Below, piece by piece: positions 60,535-64,000 of a stretch of DNA of 64,000 nt (its first letter is position 1; each line of letters starts with the position of its first letter). The notes beneath the pieces were generated by a model, which was not told where the DNA came from, ran no database searches, and worked only from the letters and a program-made list of their open reading frames with translations. This DNA is from Betaproteobacteria bacterium. GTDB taxonomy: Bacteria > Pseudomonadota > Gammaproteobacteria > Burkholderiales > Ga0077523. The DNA is taken from NCBI GenBank assembly GCA_016125475.1, contig WGLR01000019.1, forward strand, positions 120,746 to 184,745, in the 5' to 3' direction. The translations under genes and the position numbers were made by a program.

Positions 60535-62340
60535 TCAGGCGGACAGGGCGTCCGCGGATCCGGCTGGCGCTTCCGCAGGCGGAGCGAACTCGGCGAGCCA
60601 CCGCTCGATGCGCTGCACGCTCGGGCTTCGTGTCACGTCGACTTCGAGAGCCGGGGCGAAGAGACGGAATTTCTCCAGTGCGGCTGCCAGCAGCGCATGC
60701 AGCGATGCGAACCCCGGGTTCCGGTCCGGCGAGAGGGCTTCGGCCACTGCGAGAAGGCGCGCATGATCGGTATCCCGGTCGACGTCCACAGACACCAGTT
60801 CCCGCGCGAGACGGACGATTGCCCGAAGTTTCGGATCACGGGCGGGTGACTGCTCCGCATCGCGGCAGTCCATGCAGTCGAGCGCGACCTGCGGGAGCCC
60901 CCACACCCGGCCCACGGCCCACCCGATCTCGGCCAGGGTGATGCCGAGCACGGTACGCGCCGCCTCCTCTTCGTCCGCACCGCCGGCGACGAGTTCGCCG
61001 ATCTCCTCGGAGTCGTCCGCGAAATAGAACAGCACGAGCATGCGTCCGAGGCTGTAGAGCATCCCGGCGAGAAATGCCTCCTCGACGCCCGGCATCCGGC
61101 TCTGCGCCGCGAGGTGTCGTGCGATGAGACCGGTGACGAACGCGCAGATGGACTCCTCGCGCAGACGATGGTCCTGACGGCGGCCGGCAAAGTGCCCGAA
61201 GCAGGCGAGACCGTTGCAGGTCGTCCTGACCTGCTGCAGCCCGAGAAGGCTGATCGCGTCGCTCACGGTCTTCACTCTGCCCGAAGCGCGCGCGTGCAGC
61301 GACGAGTTCGCGATCTTGAGCAGGCGGTTCGTCAGGGCGTAGTCGCGCAGCACCACGTTCGTGAGGCGCGAGACCGGCGACGAAGAATCCGGGCTCGTCA
61401 GCTGGTTGACTTCGGCGAGGGTACGGGAGACCGCGGGAAAATCTCCCCGCCTCTCGATCCGTTTCAGCACGTAGGCGACGGTACCGTGCAGCGCAACCCT
61501 GTCCTGACCGGTGGAGACGTCCGTGCGCGCCCACGCCGCGAGCAGGGCCTCGTGCATCTCGCGCGCGTTCGCGTAGCGTTCGTCGACGTTCTTGTGAGTC
61601 GCCCGGCGGATCACCTCGGCGAAATGACCGCCGGGGTCGATCGCGGCCAGGGGGCCGAGATCCGTCTCGCAGTGCCGGATCTGCGCCACCATGACCTCGT
61701 TCGAGGTGAGGGGAATGGCCCGCCGGCCCGTCAGCAGTTCGTAGAAGATCTGCCCGAGCGCGTAGACGTCCGCCCGGGTGTCGACGTCGCCCGTCGTGAA
61801 GTACTCCGGCGCCATGTAGGAGACGGTACCCGCGATGAAGTCGGCCTTCTTCTCCGGCCTGCCGACGGTACGCGAGAGGTCGAAGTCCACGATCCGTGGC
61901 TTGCCCGTCCCGTCGCGCATGATGTTGTTCGGGTTGAGGTCGAGGTGCAGGATGCCCTTGGCGTGGGCATAGGCCATCGCGTCCGTGACCTGCACCATCG
62001 TGCTGTACGCCTCGGGCAGCGGAAGCGACCCGCGCGTCTCGAGTTCCCGCCGCAGCGCCGTGCCCTCGAGATACTCGAACACGAGATAGGTGAAGTTGTG
62101 GAGCCGCCCTGCCTCGTAGAGTGCGACGATGTTCGGATGCCGCAGCCGCGCGAGATTGCGCGCCTGGGGCGACACGGCCGCCGTGTCTGCCCCAGGCTGG
62201 CGAATTTCCGCGACGAGCTTGATCGCGACGAGCCTGTCGAGGTCGGGATCCTTGCCGAGATAGACGGCACCCTGCGATCCTCGTCCGAGCACCTTCAGGA
62301 TGGGGAAGCGTCCGATCTTCTGCGTGTTGGTTTCGGGCAT
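60535..62340 (-). CDS. Ser/Thr protein kinase-like domain fused to HDOD domain
   Basis: ORF trimmed to ATG 62340 (MPETNTQKIGRF). Kinase subdomains GRGSQGAVY, VAIK, HLDLNPNNIM, DFDLS, GTVSYMAPE, DVYALGQIFYELLTG. C-terminal HDOD-like region (DFPAVSRTLAEVNQL...RDYALTNRLLKIANSS...AISLLG). Confidence 0.8.
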   Translation of the reverse strand: MPETNTQKIGRFPILKVLGRGSQGAVYLGKDPDLDRLVAIKLVAEIRQPGADTAAVSPQARNLARLRHPNIVALYEAGRLHNFTYLVFEYLEGTALRRELETRGSLPLPEAYSTMVQVTDAMAYAHAKGILHLDLNPNNIMRDGTGKPRIVDFDLSRTVGRPEKKADFIAGTVSYMAPEYFTTGDVDTRADVYALGQIFYELLTGRRAIPLTSNEVMVAQIRHCETDLGPLAAIDPGGHFAEVIRRATHKNVDERYANAREMHEALLAAWARTDVSTGQDRVALHGTVAYVLKRIERRGDFPAVSRTLAEVNQLTSPDSSSPVSRLTNVVLRDYALTNRLLKIANSSLHARASGRVKTVSDAISLLGLQQVRTTCNGLACFGHFAGRRQDHRLREESICAFVTGLIARHLAAQSRMPGVEEAFLAGMLYSLGRMLVLFYFADDSEEIGELVAGGADEEEAARTVLGITLAEIGWAVGRVWGLPQVALDCMDCRDAEQSPARDPKLRAIVRLARELVSVDVDRDTDHARLLAVAEALSPDRNPGFASLHALLAAALEKFRLFAPALEVDVTRSPSVQRIERWLAEFAPPAEAPAGSADALSA

Positions 62341-62504
62341 CGGCTGGTGAGCGAAACGGTGTCGTGCGGCCACGACTGATGGTCGTCGACAGGCTATAAC
62401 GGCCACGCGCACGAAACCTTCACGGTTCTGCCGGTCGCGGCGCGACGCAATTGCGTGCGCGCCCGGGTTCCGGCCCCGGTACGCCCCCGTTCCCCGTGGG
62501 GACT

Positions 62505-63125
62505 TCAGCCGGGACGCACCATCCTGAACAGCGCCGCCTCGCCGATCTCGAAGTAGTCCGAAGGTCCGCCTCCCCTCACCACGGGATGTGCCGCGGCCGT
62601 CTGGTAGATCCCGTCGACGAGCAGCGAGCGGTCGATGTGGATGCCCACCACCTCGCCGAGCACGAGCCAGGTGTCGACTTCCCGGCCGTCGGCGCCCCGC
62701 AGCCGCAAGACCTGCGACAGCCGGCATTCGAAGGACACCGGGGTCTCGGCGACGCGCGGGACGGAAATCACGCGCGACGCAACCGGCGTGAGCCCCGCGA
62801 GCGCGAATTCGTCGACGTCGGGTGCAACCGTCGCGGACGTCGCGTTCATGCGTTCGGCGAGCGGGCGCGTCACGAGATTCCACGCGAACTCCCCGGTCTG
62901 CTCGATATTGCGGACGGTGTCCTTGTAGCTCGTGCTCGCGAAACCGATGATCGGCGGCCGGTAGTTGAACGCGTTGAAGAAGCTGTAGGGCGCCAGGTTC
63001 AGGGTCCCGGCGGGGTCACGAGACGAGATCCAGCCGATCGGCCGCGGGGCGATGATCGCGTTCAGGGGGTCGTGCGGCAGCCCGTGGCCGCGCGCGGGCT
63101 CGTAGAAGTAGGTCGAATCGGACAT
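62505..63125 (-). CDS. Flavin reductase-like (FMN-binding split-barrel) protein
   Basis: 206 aa. RPIGWISSRDPAGTLNLAPYSFFNAFNYRPPIIGFA is typical of the flavin reductase domain family. Confidence 0.85.
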   Translation of the reverse strand: MSDSTYFYEPARGHGLPHDPLNAIIAPRPIGWISSRDPAGTLNLAPYSFFNAFNYRPPIIGFASTSYKDTVRNIEQTGEFAWNLVTRPLAERMNATSATVAPDVDEFALAGLTPVASRVISVPRVAETPVSFECRLSQVLRLRGADGREVDTWLVLGEVVGIHIDRSLLVDGIYQTAAAHPVVRGGGPSDYFEIGEAALFRMVRPG

Positions 63126-63311
63126 CGGGTGTCTCCGTTCCTGGGGTGCGCAAGACTACCCGGTCCGCGGCGCGCCGGGGAGGTTCCGCGCATGCCCGCG
63201 ACCCTGCTGGCAGCCTTCGTGTCGCACGGTGCACAGGATGCGGTCGTGATCCCCGGGCGTGCATCACAGTCGATCCGTTCGATCCGCCGGAAAATGCGGG
63301 ACAATCGCCCG

Positions 63312-64000
63312 ATGGATCGTCGCCGCCCCATTCCTCCCGTGCCGGCCCTCCTCCGGAGAGTGACCGGACATCTGCTCGCGAGCATCATCGTCGTCCTCGC
63401 GGGATGTTCCGGCGGGTCCTCGCCACCGGACGCCGCGACCCCGACGCACGCGAAGGCCGCGATCCCGGTGCTGACCGCCCGCGTCGTCGTCAAGACGATG
63501 CCCGTGCGCGTGCGCACGTTCGGTACGGTCGAGCCCTCCAACACGGTCGCCGTCAAGTCCCGGATCGACGGTGAAGTGACCGCGGTGCACCTCGCGGACG
63601 GCCAGGACGTCGCGCGGGGTCAGCTGCTCTTCGAACTCGATGCCAGGGACCTGCGCGCCCAGGTTCGCCGCCTCGAGGCCGACCTCGCCCGGGACCGCGC
63701 GATACTCGAGAACGGCGAGGCGAAACGGGAGCGCTATCGGGACCTGCTCGCGAAGGGCTTCGTCTCCTCGGACGCGTACGACCAGATCCGGACGGACGCC
63801 GACGCCGCGCGCGCCACGGTGTCCGCGGACGAGGCCACGCTCGCCTCCGCACGCGTACAGCTTTCCTACACCCGCATCACGGCACCCACCCGCGGACGGG
63901 CGGGCAAGGTCGCCGCACAGCTCGGCAACACCGTGAAGGCGAACGACACGCAGCCGATGGTCACGATCAACACGATCGCGCCGGGCTTCGTGAGCTTCAC
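63312..64000 (+). CDS. RND efflux periplasmic adaptor (membrane fusion protein), lipoprotein, partial
   Basis: Frame runs off the right edge, so it is not in the ORF track. Lipobox VVLAGCSGG. My translation VVVKTMPVRVRTFGTVEPSNTVAVKSRIDGEVTAVHLADGQDVARGQLLFELD...LSYTRITAPTRGRAGK matches the AcrA/MexA family pattern. Confidence 0.8.
   Translation, partial: MDRRRPIPPVPALLRRVTGHLLASIIVVLAGCSGGSSPPDAATPTHAKAAIPVLTARVVVKTMPVRVRTFGTVEPSNTVAVKSRIDGEVTAVHLADGQDVARGQLLFELDARDLRAQVRRLEADLARDRAILENGEAKRERYRDLLAKGFVSSDAYDQIRTDADAARATVSADEATLASARVQLSYTRITAPTRGRAGKVAAQLGNTVKANDTQPMVTINTIAPGFVSF

Overview
High-GC (probably beta- or gamma-proteobacterial) chromosomal segment. The left 24 kb is conserved housekeeping: galU (partial), ligA, zipA, smc, dapC-dapD, a PilT/PilU-type ATPase, dapE-prmB, a TPR/DUF560 (Slam-like) outer-membrane protein with a FecR-domain secreted protein, rluB-recR-ybaB-dnaX, SRP RNA, class I fumarase and acs. 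The most interesting part is 24.2-30.25 kb. It holds a tightly coupled 7-gene plus-strand operon: a tail-anchored membrane protein, a TM-less multi-domain FtsK/SpoIIIE ATPase, two tandem ~92-aa WXG100-like helical proteins, an Ala-rich coiled-coil protein, another W-x-D helical protein and a TM protein with two SH3b-like modules. This is a type VII (ESX/Ess)-like core in a diderm genome context, without any canonical T7SS membrane component, and two of its proteins share a C-terminal I-[ED]-A-L-R-D-F-D motif. The operon abuts tRNA-Ser(GGA), which is preceded by a duplicated tRNA 5' half and structured repeats. The right half is accessory and metabolic. It contains an amber-interrupted RsbQ/D14-like hydrolase, an NHL propeller, an FMO, an enolase-superfamily dehydratase, an atypical long pyruvate kinase, an MBL hydrolase, an ALDH/hydrolase/SCP2 operon, a P-type ATPase and a PEP-CTERM protein. 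It also holds an IclR-linked oxidative catabolic cluster with an orphan solute-binding protein, a Ser/Thr-kinase-HDOD fusion with degenerate catalytic motifs, a flavin reductase and the start of an RND adaptor. No CRISPR array, integrase or transposase was seen. Many long ORFs in the track are antisense artefacts of high GC.
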